Shown here: one piece after another, positions 11,690 to 22,900 of the stretch
How the letters are laid out: the number at the start of each line of letters is the position of its first letter
Position numbering within the stretch: the first letter of the stretch is position 1
Source: Heteronotia binoei
Taxonomy: Eukaryota
Assembly (NCBI RefSeq): GCF_032191835.1
Contig: NC_083234.1
Coordinates: 1,922,001 to 1,986,000, forward strand
Length of the DNA: 64,000 bases
Direction of reading: 5' to 3'
The notes under the pieces: model-generated
Database searches by the model: none
Told to the model about the DNA's origin: nothing
The model's input: the letters and a program-made list of their open reading frames with translations, nothing else
Program-made: the position numbers and the translations under genes

Positions 11690-11695
11690 ATTAAA
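11690..11695 (+). terminator. TTC36 polyadenylation signal (ATTAAA)
   Basis: ATTAAA 55 nt after the stop codon; the only such hexamer before TMEM25. Confidence 0.6.
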
Positions 11696-12135
11696 GTGGC
11701 TTCTTCTCCTCCGTCGCCTCGCCTCGTCTGTGTTCTTCCGCCCGTCCCGTCCCGTCCCCAGCGCGGGCTGCTGAGAGGGCCGCTCGAGCCCCGGCAGCGC
11801 AGGGAAGCTTCCAGCCCCCGAGCCAAGCGGCCCCGCGCGGCAGGGGAGGGGAGGGGAGGGGCGGCCTGCTGCCGAAAGTCCCCGCCCCCGAGGAGGAGCC
11901 GGCCCCGGCCAGGCCCCGCCCGCCTTCCCTCCCTGCCTGCCTGCCTGGAGGGCAGGCCGGCCGGCCGCAGCGGGGTGGGGGGAGGCTAGAGGGGCTCCGC
12001 CGCAGGACCCCGCCGCTGCTGCCCTTCCCTTCCCGCCGGAGATGCGCCAGCCCCGCGCAGCCCAGGAGCCGCAGCAGCCGCCGCCTTGAGCCTGGCCCGG
12101 GCCAGGGATGCCCAAGTCGCCTCCCCTCGCCAGCC

Positions 12136-15100
12136 ATGGCGCTCCTCCTCCTCCTCCTCCTCGCCCTCCTCCTCCCGGCGCTGCTCCCCCCAGGTAGGCA
12201 GGCGGGGGGCGGGAGGGAGGGGGGCTCCTGGCGCAGCCGCCCCTAAGCGCCCTCCCTTCCCTCCCCTGCAGGCGCGGCGGAGCCGGAGGAGGCCGAAGGG
12301 CGCGCCGCCTTCTCGTGCCTGGCCGCGGCGCCCAGCCTGGCCTGGTACCTCGACGGCGAGAGCAACAGCTCCAGCGCGCCCGGGGCCACGCCGCGCCGCC
12401 TGCACCGCCGCCTCAACTGCTCGGCCCTCGACCCGGCCAGCGGCCGCCTGGCCCCGGTCCTCCTCCACGTGCACTGTGAGTGGGCCGCGCCGCGCCGGGA
12501 AGCGGGAGGGCCGGGCCGGGCCTCCTCTCCCGCTTGCCCCGACCGCCTGCCGCCTTGCCTTGCAGTTAAGCCCGAGCTGGTGCAAGTGGAGGCCCGCGCG
12601 GCAGAGGGGGGGCCCCAGCGGCCCGGCCTCCTGCTGGTGCTCTTGGTCCTGGTGCGCGCCAGCCCCCCCGCCAGCATCACCTGGGTGGACCCCGACGGCC
12701 GCCGCATGGTCAACACCTCCCACTTCCTCATCGTGGACGCCAAGACCTACCCCTGGCTGGCCGGCCACACCCTCGAGGTGCAGCTGCGGGGCTGGGCCCG
12801 CAACCTCTCCTCCCCCGACGACGACCCCGCAGGACTAGGCCTCAACGCCTCCCTGCTGCTGCCCGGTGAGGGGGCGGGGAGGGAGGGAGGGAGGAGCGCC
12901 TTTGTGGCCGGGGCGGCTGGCCCCAGCCTGTGTGCAGCGGGGCAAGGCGCTTGGGAGGGCCCTGGCCTGACCAGCTCTTCTGGCTGCTGCCTAGGCTTCC
13001 TGGACACCCACGTGGAGCTCCCCCTCCTCGCCCTGGTCATCGGTGCCGCTGTGGCCCTGGCGCTCTTTGTGGGCCTGGGCACACTGGTCAGCTTTGTGGG
13101 ATACCAGAAAGGAAAGGTGGCTTCAGGTAAGGGGGGCCCAGCGGGCGAGGCGGCCGGGCACCACCCCCTCCCCTCAGGCTGACTGGCTTCTCTGTTTCTT
13201 TGCAGGACTCGCCCTGCCAGCCCAGCAGCCTCCCAGGTAACCTCCCCCGCCATGGGCCCTTGGCCCCCCCCCCGCCTGCATGGGCCCAGGGGGCCTCGGG
13301 CCTGGTCCCTGCTCCTCAGTCGCCTTCCGCTCTCACCCAGGGACTCCTCCAGCCATGCAAAGCCACAGGGACCCCCCCGGCTGCCTCGAGCAAACATGTC
13401 CCTCCCTTCCAACCTCCAGCTGAATGACTTCCCGCCGGAGCCTCCGAGCAAAGCAGGTAAGTGCAGCTTTATCCATATTCTCCCCTCCCCAGGGCCAGCC
13501 CCAACCTCTGTCTCCCTCCTTTTACAGCCACGGTCCCAGCCGAAGGCGCCGAGGACGAGGAGGCGGCCCTTTCAGAGCCCGAGAATAGTCTGGCCTTGGC
13601 AAACCGAGGTAAGGGAGAGCTTCCAGCAGTAGTGCTCCCCTCATCACCAGGGCCAGCTGGAGCCCCTCAGGCTCGGGGAGGCATCACCTGCGAGAGCAGA
13701 GGAGCATCATCGCTGTCCTGCTGTAGCACTGCTCGCAGGGGGACTGCTCCTTTAAGGCCAAGAACATGTCAGGGTGGAATCGCAGCATGTGTGAACCAGA
13801 CCTCAGAGGGCGGCAGCCGTGGAAATGGCAAAGGTCACGCAGGGAACAGCAGAAAACTGGGGAGAAAGGCACCAGCAGCCTCTTGTGTGCTGGTAGAAAT
13901 CTGGGGGGCGGCTGCCCTGGTGGGGCCCTCAGTGCAGTCCTGTTGGCTCCCTCCCCCCGCCCCCAACAGGCAGTCAGGTAGGAAGGGGGGGGGGCTGTCA
14001 ATAAACTGACCTGAGGCATTTCCCTGGGGCAGGCAGGCAGGCAGGCAGGCCTGCAGCCAGGATTTTTTAGGCAGGGGGTGGGGGCCAGAGCAGGGGAGTA
14101 GGAAACTTAATTATATTTCTGATTTAATCAGTGATAATCATTCGAATCCAGCAGGTGGAGGCTGCCTCAGGAGGGCAAGACAATGAAGAGTGGCAGGCAG
14201 GGAAAGAGAAAGAGAGAAGATATTGGACTCATACCCCCCACCCTTCTCTCAGAGCGCCTTCCCTTCCCCTCCAGATGAGGTTCAATGTGGCCAAGTGCAA
14301 AGTAATGCACATTGGGGCCAAGAATCCCAGCTACAAGTACAAGTTGATGGGGTGTGAACTGGCAGAGACTGACCAAGAGAGAGATCTTGGGGTCATGGTA
14401 GATAACTCACTGAAAATGTCAAGACAGTGTGCGTTTGCAATAAAAAAGGCCAACGCCATGCTGGGAATTACTAGAAAGGGAACTGAAAGCAAATCAGCCA
14501 GTATCATAATGCCCCTGTATAGGTTGATGGTGCGGTCTCATTTGGAATACTGTGTGCAATTCTGGTCGCCGCACCTCAAAGAAGGATATTATAGCATTGG
14601 AAAAAGTCCAGAAAAGAGCAACTAGAATGATTAAAGGGGTGGAACATTTTCCCTATGAAGAAAGGTCGAAACGCTTGGGGCTCTTTAGCTTGGAGAAACA
14701 TCGACTGCGGGGTGACACAATTGAGGTTTACAAGATAATGCATGAGATGGAGAAAGTAGAGAAAGAAGTTCTTTTCTCCCTTTCTCACAATACAAGAACT
14801 CGTGGACATTCGATGAAATTGCTGAGCAGTCGGGTTAGAATGGATAAAGGAGGTACTTCTTCACCCAAAGGGTGATTAACATGTGGAATTCACTGCCACA
14901 GGAGGTAGTGGCAGCTACAATCACAGCCAGCTTCAAGAGGGGGTTAGATAAAAATATGGAGCAGAGGTCCATCAGTGGCTATTAGCCACAGTGTGTATAT
15001 ATATGTGTGTGTGAATATATATAAAAAATTTTGGCCACTGTATGAGAGTGTTGGACTGGATGGGCCATTGGCCTGATCCAACATGGCTTCTCTTATGTTC

Positions 15101-15770
15101 CCCTCCTTACAACAGATGCCCTGTGAGGCAGATGGGACAGAGAGCTCTGAGAGAACTTGCAAGTGACTCAAGGTCACTCCAGCAGCTGCATGTGGAGAAT
15201 CAAACCCATTTCTCCCAGATTAGAGTCTGTGCTCTTAGCCGTAGCCTGAAGGCAAGCTGGAAATACCCCAAAAAGCTTTAGGAAAAAAGATGTTTTTTTA
15301 TTTCTCAATGAAGAGTGTGGCAAAAGTGGACTTAGAACCTTGTCCGTCCCCTGCAAAGGGGCACCAGGTTCCCCCAGGAAGAGGACAGGCAGCAGCTGGG
15401 CAAGAGGAAGGGGAGGGGGCTGCATGACCCAGAGCCCATCCCCTGCCCCTCATCAGGCAGGAAGGCATGTGTGCTGAGCAAGCTTCCCCCTTGCTTCTGC
15501 TAGTCACAAGAAGAGGAAGGAACCATTTTGGCCCCAAAGGGGGAGATGTGTTTTTTAATGGCTGGCTCGACTCTGAGGCTGTACTGATGAGGACCGGGCA
15601 GAAACCCCAAGGTCCTTTCCACAGCAGGTGCTGGGCTCCCGCTGCAACATCACCCTGTTTGTAGCAAGAGCTCTGAGGATGTCCCTGTCCTTGCAGGCCT
15701 CAGCCGCTTCCCCATGGTCGGGTACATCTACCGAGCCTCAAGTGGCAGCAGCGAAGAGATCTGGCTGTGA
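12136..15770 (+). CDS. TMEM25: Transmembrane protein 25 (Ig superfamily, 331 aa)
   Basis: join(12136-12193,12272-12475,12566-12865,12995-13126,13206-13236,13341-13456,13528-13608,15697-15770) = 996 nt. Signal peptide MALLLLLLLALLLP; LAWYLDG; TYPWLAGHT; TM segment LLALVIGAAVALALFVGLGTLVSFV; NMSLPSNLQLND; ends GYIYRASSGSSEEIWL*. Confidence 0.93.
14205..15245 (-). mobile_element. Degenerate Squam3-like SINE split by a CR1 insertion
   Basis: The SINE tail at 14205-14272 resumes at 15098-15245 on the far side of the CR1. TTCCCCTCC is duplicated at 14264-14272 and 15098-15106. Confidence 0.7.
14273..15097 (+). mobile_element. 5'-truncated CR1 LINE (ORF2 C-terminus and 3' UTR) in the last TMEM25 intron
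   Basis: MRFNVAKCKVMHIG...LVRSHLEYCVQFWSPH; ends TTCTCTTATG; 9-bp TSD TTCCCCTCC; near-identical to 34866-35560. Confidence 0.95.
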
Positions 15771-16317
15771 GGAGAGGGCTGCAGGGGAGGTGGCCAGCAC
15801 AGACCGGGCCAAGACGCACCTGCGCTTGCACTTGGACAACGCTTCCCCTGCCTGGCCTCCAAGAGGAAAACCAGACAGGCCAGCTCCAAAGTTGGTCCCT
15901 CCAAGTTATCTATCCCCTCCAGGCAATATCCCCCCAACACCCCCCCACCAGCTGAGCCAAGGAACCAGCAGAACTCGTTCTCTTCCTCAGGCCAGGGGCA
16001 CATTTCCCCTCCCTCTCAGCATGGCAGCTGATTCTTTGTGCATGGCTCCCTCTTTCTCACACAGCTGCTCAACCTGCACGTGTTTGGTGTTGGGGAAGTG
16101 GCTGCCAGGCTTACCAGCATCAGAAAGGGACTAGCTATGCCCTCCCTTATGGAATGGCCTGCCTGAGAGAGACAAGAAGGCTGCCCCTCTCCGGGCTTCC
16201 TGCAAATGAGGCAAAACTGGATTCTTCAGGAGGGCCTCCTTCTTGCACAGGTAAGAAGGCTGCACTGTACAAAATGGCTCACAGAGTTACTTGAATAAAT
16301 TTTTAGGGACTGTGATG

Positions 16318-16590
16318 CTACAGTTTGGTGCAAGGGTTAAGTGTGTGAACTCTTATCTGGGAGAACCGGGTTTGTTTCCCCACTCCTCCACTTGCACCTG
16401 CTGGAATGGCCTTGGGTCAGCCAGAGCTCTGGCAGAGGTTGTCCTTGAAAGGGCAGCTGCTGTGAGAGCCCTCTCAGCCCCACCCATCTCACAGGGTGTC
16501 TGTTGTGGGGGGGGGAGATATGGGAGATTGTAAGCCGCTCTGAGTCTCTTATTTTAAGAGAAGGGCAGGGTATCAATCTGCAATTCTTCA
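16318..16590 (+). mobile_element. Squam3-like SINE
   Basis: tRNA-like head, shared body GGAATGGCCTTGGGTCAGCCAGAGCTCTGGCAGAGG, and tail GTAAGCCGCTCTGAG. Confidence 0.85.
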
Positions 16591-17406
16591 GTTTATAGCT
16601 TCTACTGAAAGCAGGATCCTATTATGTAATGTTTGCACTGCTTAATTTGTCATGCTGTGCTTCAGTCCTATCTTTTCAGATTTCTGGCTAGTTCTAGACT
16701 TCTGCAATCATTGAACATCCCATTTTGTTGATTGTACCGATTCATTCTGTAATCCACCTGTAAGGACCATGGACTACAAATAAATTTTTAAAAGGCATGA
16801 AATATGACTTTGTAGGTTTTGTGTTCTCCAAATAAACTCTGTAATCCACGGATAGCCCCTTTCCTTACCCCCCCCCCCCCGGAGGGATAGAGCAGACACA
16901 TTCCCGCCTGTAGGCTACAAGCTGCTGTGTCCTCCCACCTCTTCTCTGGTCCAGAACAGGGCCAGTGGGAGGGATTCCAGCCCCACCATCAGAACGGGCT
17001 TCCTTTGCCTTCATTCAGCCAGAGTTCAAGGCAGAGAGGAGCTGGGCAAGAGCCTGGAATGCCATCACCTGCTCAGAGGATCTCAGGGTTGAATAGAATT
17101 TATAAGCATTCAGATGTCATCACAGAACAAAACCAAAGCTGAGGCTTTCAGGACATGGCCCACATCTCCACCCCTTGCCACAGAACAGGAAAGGGCACTG
17201 CCCACGGCCCAGAACAAAGTGCAGGAAGGTCCAAACATCTCTCAGAAACTGGAGGAAGAAGGGGGCTGTGGAACTAAGAAGCAGCCCAAGGGCCTTTTGG
17301 ACCAGTGGGGGGGCAATGCCCTAAGACACCTCCCCCTTGCAGTCCTGGCCCCACAGGAAGCCTTCGGGGACTTGTGCTGACTGGGCAGGCAGTTCCCTTG
17401 CACAGC

Positions 17407-19811
17407 TTAGGGGAAACTCAGAAGATCAGTCTCTCCAGCTTGCAAAGCAGAGTTGGAGGGAGGGCTTGTCCCCTTCTTGCCCTCTGCTGGGGCCTTGAAG
17501 TGCTGCAGAAGGAGAAAAGCTCATCAGAAGGCCCCATGATCAAGACAGCTTTCCTCTGGTGCTTGATTTCTCCCCAAGCTCAGACTGAGTGTTGGCAGGA
17601 GGGGGGAGAAGGCTCCTGTGCACGGAGGCAGAAGAGAACTGTCCCTCTCCCCGTTTCTCTGCAATCAGAGTGCCCCCACTCCAGCACAGGGACCAGTGCA
17701 GCCTCCATACCTGGGAGTTCTTGAATTCAGAGTAGAGCGAGAACAGGGTGTGCAGGGACTGGATCCGGCTCTTGTAGACAGGAATGTCCAGAAGAGCTGG
17801 GGAAAGCAAAGCTCCATCAAGGCAAGGCAAAGCTTTGCCTGGTTTCCAGCAGCCCCACTCTGGCCAGAAGAAGGGACTTACCACAGATCATGTCTGTATA
17901 TTCTGCAAGGCTACAGCTGATCTCCGCTGTTGGCAGGCTCACCTGAACAGGACAAAGGGAAGCAGCAGCCGTCTGGCAAGGCCTCTGTGGAAACCTGCAG
18001 CCTCATCCTGGCTCCCACTGATAGGAGCTCACAGAGACTACCCGGGGGGGGGGGGGGAGGCTTAAGCCCTAAAACCAGGGAAGTTCAGTTTCTCTTGCCA
18101 GAAGCCTCCCTACCTTCCCAAGCAGTTCTTCAAACTCAGGGGACCATTCTTGCATCAGTGAGTCTATGTCAGGCATGGGCCTGCAAGGGGTGAAAAGGAA
18201 GGCCAAAGTGAGGCGGCCCTGCTGCCTGGGCCAGGCTTCCTTGGAAGGGCAGCTGCCCACTAAAGAACACCCAGTGAGTAGGAGCCTCTAGGAGGGGGGG
18301 GGCAGCCCACCTGGCATAGTGTACAGAGGCTGGAGGCTTGCAGCGATGGAGCTCGCTGATGCTCTCAATCCAGCTGTCAATGGCTTTGGGGTTCTTCTCA
18401 GCGTTCTCCAAGCTCTTCACTTTTATTTGCTGCTAGAACACCAAACAGATCTCACCCAGCAGCCCTTGCTCCTTGGGCCAAAGAGCCCCGCAGCCCCGTT
18501 CACATAGCGGCCTGCCTTCCGCCTCACTTACGGCCACGTTGTGCTGCTTGGAGTTTTCTGTCAACCAGAGGGAAAGCACCGTAGGGTCCGACTGCTTTGT
18601 GGATGGCTCATCTAGCACCAGCAAGCCCAGGTTATCTGGCTTTCCATCCGGGCGGGGGACCTGCGACAGACAGCGGCTTTGCCTCTTGCGCTGCCAGATG
18701 GCAGAGAGACAGACCAAAGTTTCCCCCCACCCCCGCCTCCTTCCCATCCTGGCCATTGCCCCAGTCCGGGGGGGGGGGCAGGTAGAGGCACCTTCAGGAA
18801 GGCGTCAATGTCTCCTACTGCGGGGATGAAGTCCGGGATGAAAGGCCGCAGCTTGTGCTCCAGGTCGATCATTTGTGGAGAATACCTGCGGGGCAGAGGC
18901 TGTCAGGGAGGCTGCCGAGAGAGGCCCCCCCGCCCCCCCAGGCTCACCTGCGGATGTACTGGAAGAGGTCCTTGATCTCCAGGGAGACGGGCAGGCAGTC
19001 GTACTCGGCGGGGTTGTAGGCCCTGCGGAGGGAGAGAGCGGGCGTGAGCGGGGCCGGGGCCGAGCGGGGGGGCCAGGGCCGCCGCCTCCCCCCCCACCGA
19101 CCCCTCGAGGGGGGCTCCGTGCTCCTCGTCGTCGTCCTCGGAGTCCGTCTCGGAGGAGTCCTCGTCGTCGTCGTCGTCCTCGTCCTCCACGTCGTTCTCG
19201 CTGAAGCGGCGCTGCTGGTGGGCGGCCAGGCGGGCGGCGGAGGCCTTCTTGGGGCAGGAGGCGGGGCCCAGCGGGGCTGGCGGCGGCAGGGGGGGGGCCA
19301 GGCCGCCGGCCTTCGGGCGCCCCCCCTCCTCCTCCTCCTCCTCCTCCTCGAAGTCCTCGCTGCTGCGCGCGGCCGGGCGGGGGGCTGCGGGGGAGGGGGG
19401 AGGGGAGGGTCAGCAGCCGCAGAGCCCCTCCCCCTCCCTCCCGGGCTGCTGACGACCCCCCCTCCTCCTCCTCCTCGCTGCTGCGGGCGGGGCCCTGGGG
19501 GGAGGGGCTCTGCGGCTGCTGACCCCTCCCCCTCCCTCCCTCAAGGGGGCGGGCCCACCTGGCGGGGGCTGCGAGGGGGGAGGGGTCAGGTGGCCCCCGG
19601 GGGGAGGGGGAGGGGCTCTGCGGCTGCTGACCCCGCCCCTCAAGGGCCCACCTGGCGCGGGCTGCGTGGGGCTGGGGGCGTCGAGGCTGGCCACGTCCTC
19701 GGGCTCCGTCACGTCCAGGCTCTCGTCGTAGGGCTGGTTCTCCACCAGCCGCGTCTGCAGCGGCAACGAGGCCCCCGGCGCTCGCCTCCCCTCGGGGGCC
19801 GCTTCGGCCAT
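17407..19811 (-). CDS. IFT46: Intraflagellar transport protein 46 (~390 aa if the 63-nt segment 19248-19310 is retained)
   Basis: complement join(19652-19811,19102-19384,18948-19022,18792-18885,18532-18660,18311-18432,18114-18180,17882-17942,17711-17796,17407-17502) = 1173 nt. Motifs VENQPYDES, DSSETDSEDDDEEHGAPLEG, PFIPDFIPAVGDIDAFLKVPRPDGKPDNLGLLVLDEPSTKQSDP and LDIPVYKSRIQSLH. The 5' exon boundaries are less certain. Confidence 0.92.
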
Positions 19812-19974
19812 GGCGTCTCCCGGGCGACCGCGAGTCTCGCGAGAGGGGCGGGGCGGGCCCAGGGCAGGCCACGTGGCCTCGCGTGCGTGGTGACGTCGCT
19901 TCCGCCTGGCAGACGTGGCTGGGCCGCCATCTTGTGCGGGCGTCGCGGAGGGAGGGAGCCCCGCAGTCGCCGCC
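19812..19974. promoter_or_regulatory. Bidirectional CpG-island promoter shared by IFT46 and ARCN1
   Basis: Head-to-head start codons at 19811 (-) and 19975 (+). Contains TCTCGCGAGA, GC boxes, CCACGTGG, TGACGTC, CTTCCG and GCCGCCATCTTG. Confidence 0.9.
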
Positions 19975-22900
19975 ATGGTGAGCCCGGGAGAGGGCCGGGG
20001 TGGGGGGTGGAGGGGTGGTGGTCTCTCTCTCCCCCTCCCTCTCCCCCTCCCTCCCCCCTCCCGCCTTGACGGGCCCGGCCTCTCCCTCCCTCCCTCGCGC
20101 AGGTGCTGTTGGCGGCCGCCGTGTGCACGAAAGCGGGCAAGGCCATCGTGTCGCGGCAGTTCGTGGAGATGAGCCGGACGCGCATCGAGGGGCTGCTGGC
20201 CGCCTTCCCCAAGCTGATGAACACGGGCAAGCAGCACACCTTCGTGGAGACCGAGAGCGTCCGCTACGTCTACCAGCCCCTGGAGAAGCTCTACATGGCG
20301 CTCATCACCACCAAGAACAGCAACATCCTCGAGGACCTCGAGACGCTCCGCCTCTTCTCCAGAGTGGTGAGGGGGGGGCTCGGGCGGCCGGCCGGGGGGG
20401 ACAGGGGCTGGGGCCAGCGAAAGCCAGGGGACGCCGGCCCTTCTCTCGGCCCGCTTGGAAAGTAGGCAGGAAGCTCCCGGACACTTCCGCGGGGCTCGTG
20501 TGCTCAGCTTCAGGGTGGCTGAGGCTACCCTCACACGTAACCGTCCAGTTAGCATGACACGAATCTGGATGTGGCCTTGTTCTGTTATCCAGAGAGTTCT
20601 ACTGTCTTGTCTTTTTACTGAGTGCATAAAGCAACCTACAGTGTTTTTTGGCACAGCAGCTCTATGACGTCATTTGGGTCTCAAAACTAACTAGCCTAAG
20701 GTCACCAAGAGGAGGCATCTGAACCTGGGACAGCCCAAATCACAGCTTGACGATTTGTGCTGGTTCCAGTTGGACCAGTTCAGTGCTGACTGAAGTTCCC
20801 CAAATATTTGCAAATTATATGAAGTCCGTTTTAATTGTCCCATCTAGAGATTACCCAGCATGTTTCTGCCTGTGAAATGTTGTTTTCTGAGCAGTCATAA
20901 ATTTCCTTGTTGGAAAAAAGTATAAGAGAAAAGAAGTAAGTATACAAATATCAGCTCTCATTTTCTCAGGAAGCGTTTTATTTCTTGGTTCTATTCAGAT
21001 CCCGGAATACTGCAGAGCATTGGAGGAGAATGAGATTGCTGATCACTGCTTTGATCTAATCTTTGCCTTTGATGAGATTGTTGCCCTTGGGTACCGGGAG
21101 AATGTCAACCTGGCCCAGATCCGCACCTTCACAGAGATGGACTCACATGAGGAGAAAGTCTTCAGAGCTGTCCGTGAGGTGAACCTGTTTGCTTTGTTCC
21201 GTTTATGCTGATGTTTTCGCCTGTAGGGTGTCTGATGCTGTATGTGCTGCTCCTCCAGCGCTATGGATTGGCTGCTTTCTGAAACAGGAGGCTGGACTAC
21301 ATGGGTCGATGGTCTGATCCAGCAGGATAGACATGGTTAGGGGATTAGTGTCCTTAATTTTTTGCACCATGTTTATTTTTGAGAACTGGTAGTATGCTTT
21401 TCTTTCTTAGACACAAGAACGTGAGGCAAAGGCTGAAATGCGTCGAAAAGCCAAGGAGCTGCAACAGGCACGTAGGGATGCTGAACGACGGGGCACAAAA
21501 ACATCTGGTTTTGGTGGCTTTGGAAGTTCAGCTGTGTCAGGAGGCACCCCAGCTGCCATGATCACAGACACCATCATTGAGACAGAGAAACCAAAAGTGA
21601 CTCCTGCACTGACCAGGTCTGAAAGCAGTGTTGTTGCGGGGTGGGCAATGTTTTTCTCAGAGGGGGGAGTCTCTGCAGGTATCCAGCTGGGGTGTGTTGT
21701 GTGAGCAGTGAAGGGCATATGAGTTCCTGAGCTGCAGTTTGTGTTAACTGATCTCGAGGTTCTGGCACTGCTAGGGAGCCCTCAGTAGCCTGCTCAGATG
21801 AGCCCTGTGACCGATGTGATTGTTAGACTGAGAGACTCGCGCTTGTTTGTTAGGGCGTCTGGATCCAACAAGGCACTCAAGCTGGGCGCCAAAGGGAAGG
21901 ACGTCGATAACTTTGTGGATAAGTTAAAATCAGAAGGAGAAAACATCATAACCTCTTCAGTAGGCAAGCGATCCTCCGAAGCAGCCACAGTGTTTGCTCC
22001 ACCTGTGAATATGGAGAGGTAAGTGGAAGATGGTCGTGCCTCTGGGAGGTCTGCAGTGCAGTTTGGTGTAGTGGTTAAGTCTGCGGACTCTTATCTGGGA
22101 GAACTGGGTTTGATTCCCCACTCCTCCACTTGCAGCTGCTGGAATGGCCTTGGGTCAGCCATAGCTCTAGCAGAGGTTGTCCTTGAAAGGGCTGCTGCTG
22201 TGAGAGTCCTCTCAGCCCCACCCACCTCACAGGGTGTCTGTTGTGGGGGTGGAAGGTAAAGGAGATTGTGAGCCGCTCTGAGACTCTTCGGAGTGGAGGG
22301 TGGGATATAAATCCAATATCGTCTTTTTCTTCACTTCTAGGGGACTGTGGGGGTTTTAGGCATCCTCCAGCCCCATCTTTCAGCTTTTCTGATGCGCAGG
22401 GCACCCTGGGTTTTTCCCTCAACTTGTGTGTTTGGGGGCAGGTATTGCTTTTGATTTTTGCCTACTGTTATGCAGAGCAGTATCTGAGGGTGCAGATCTT
22501 GCATTTAGTATAAAGTGGTCTATGGACAAGCTTGTGCCAGGCTGGAAGGATTGCGGGTGTAGATACTAGTGGATAACAATGTGCCAGGGATGTAGCAGCC
22601 AGGCTGGGGCTCTCCTGGTCAGTGTGGCTTGCTTGATAGGAAACAGTAGAGCTGCAGAGCCCCACGTAACGTGGCTGTCTTCTCTCCAGCGTGCACATGA
22701 AGATTGAGGAGAAGATCTCTCTGACCTGTGGCCGTGATGGGGGACTCCAGAACATGGAGCTGCATGGCATGATTATGTTGCGGATCCAGGATGAAAAGTT
22801 TGCCCGGATTCGAATCCATGTGGAGAATGAGGACAAGAAGGGTGTGCAGCTGCAGGTATGGCTGGCCCGGCTGTGGCCAGTGCGGAGGGCGGCAACTGCA

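Larger units (their letters stand above)
10700..12900. promoter_or_regulatory. CpG island covering TTC36 and the TMEM25 promoter and 5' exons
   Basis: Very high GC with dense CpG (many CGCG and GCGGC), clearly different from the flanks. Confidence 0.75.

Noticed and set aside
10517-12115. 532-aa antisense ORF and other long GC-rich ORFs over TTC36, TMEM25 and IFT46
   Set aside because: Low-complexity Gly/Arg/Pro/Ala products expected where high GC depletes stop codons; no recognisable domain.
18430-18435. Tandem NAGNAG acceptor (TAG CAG) in IFT46
   Set aside because: Real but commonplace; it changes only one Gln.
22056-22130. Possible tRNA genes at SINE heads (also 37340-37418 and 40549-40630)
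   Set aside because: A and B boxes are present, but they run into SINE bodies found many times in the window, and I could not see a complete cloverleaf.
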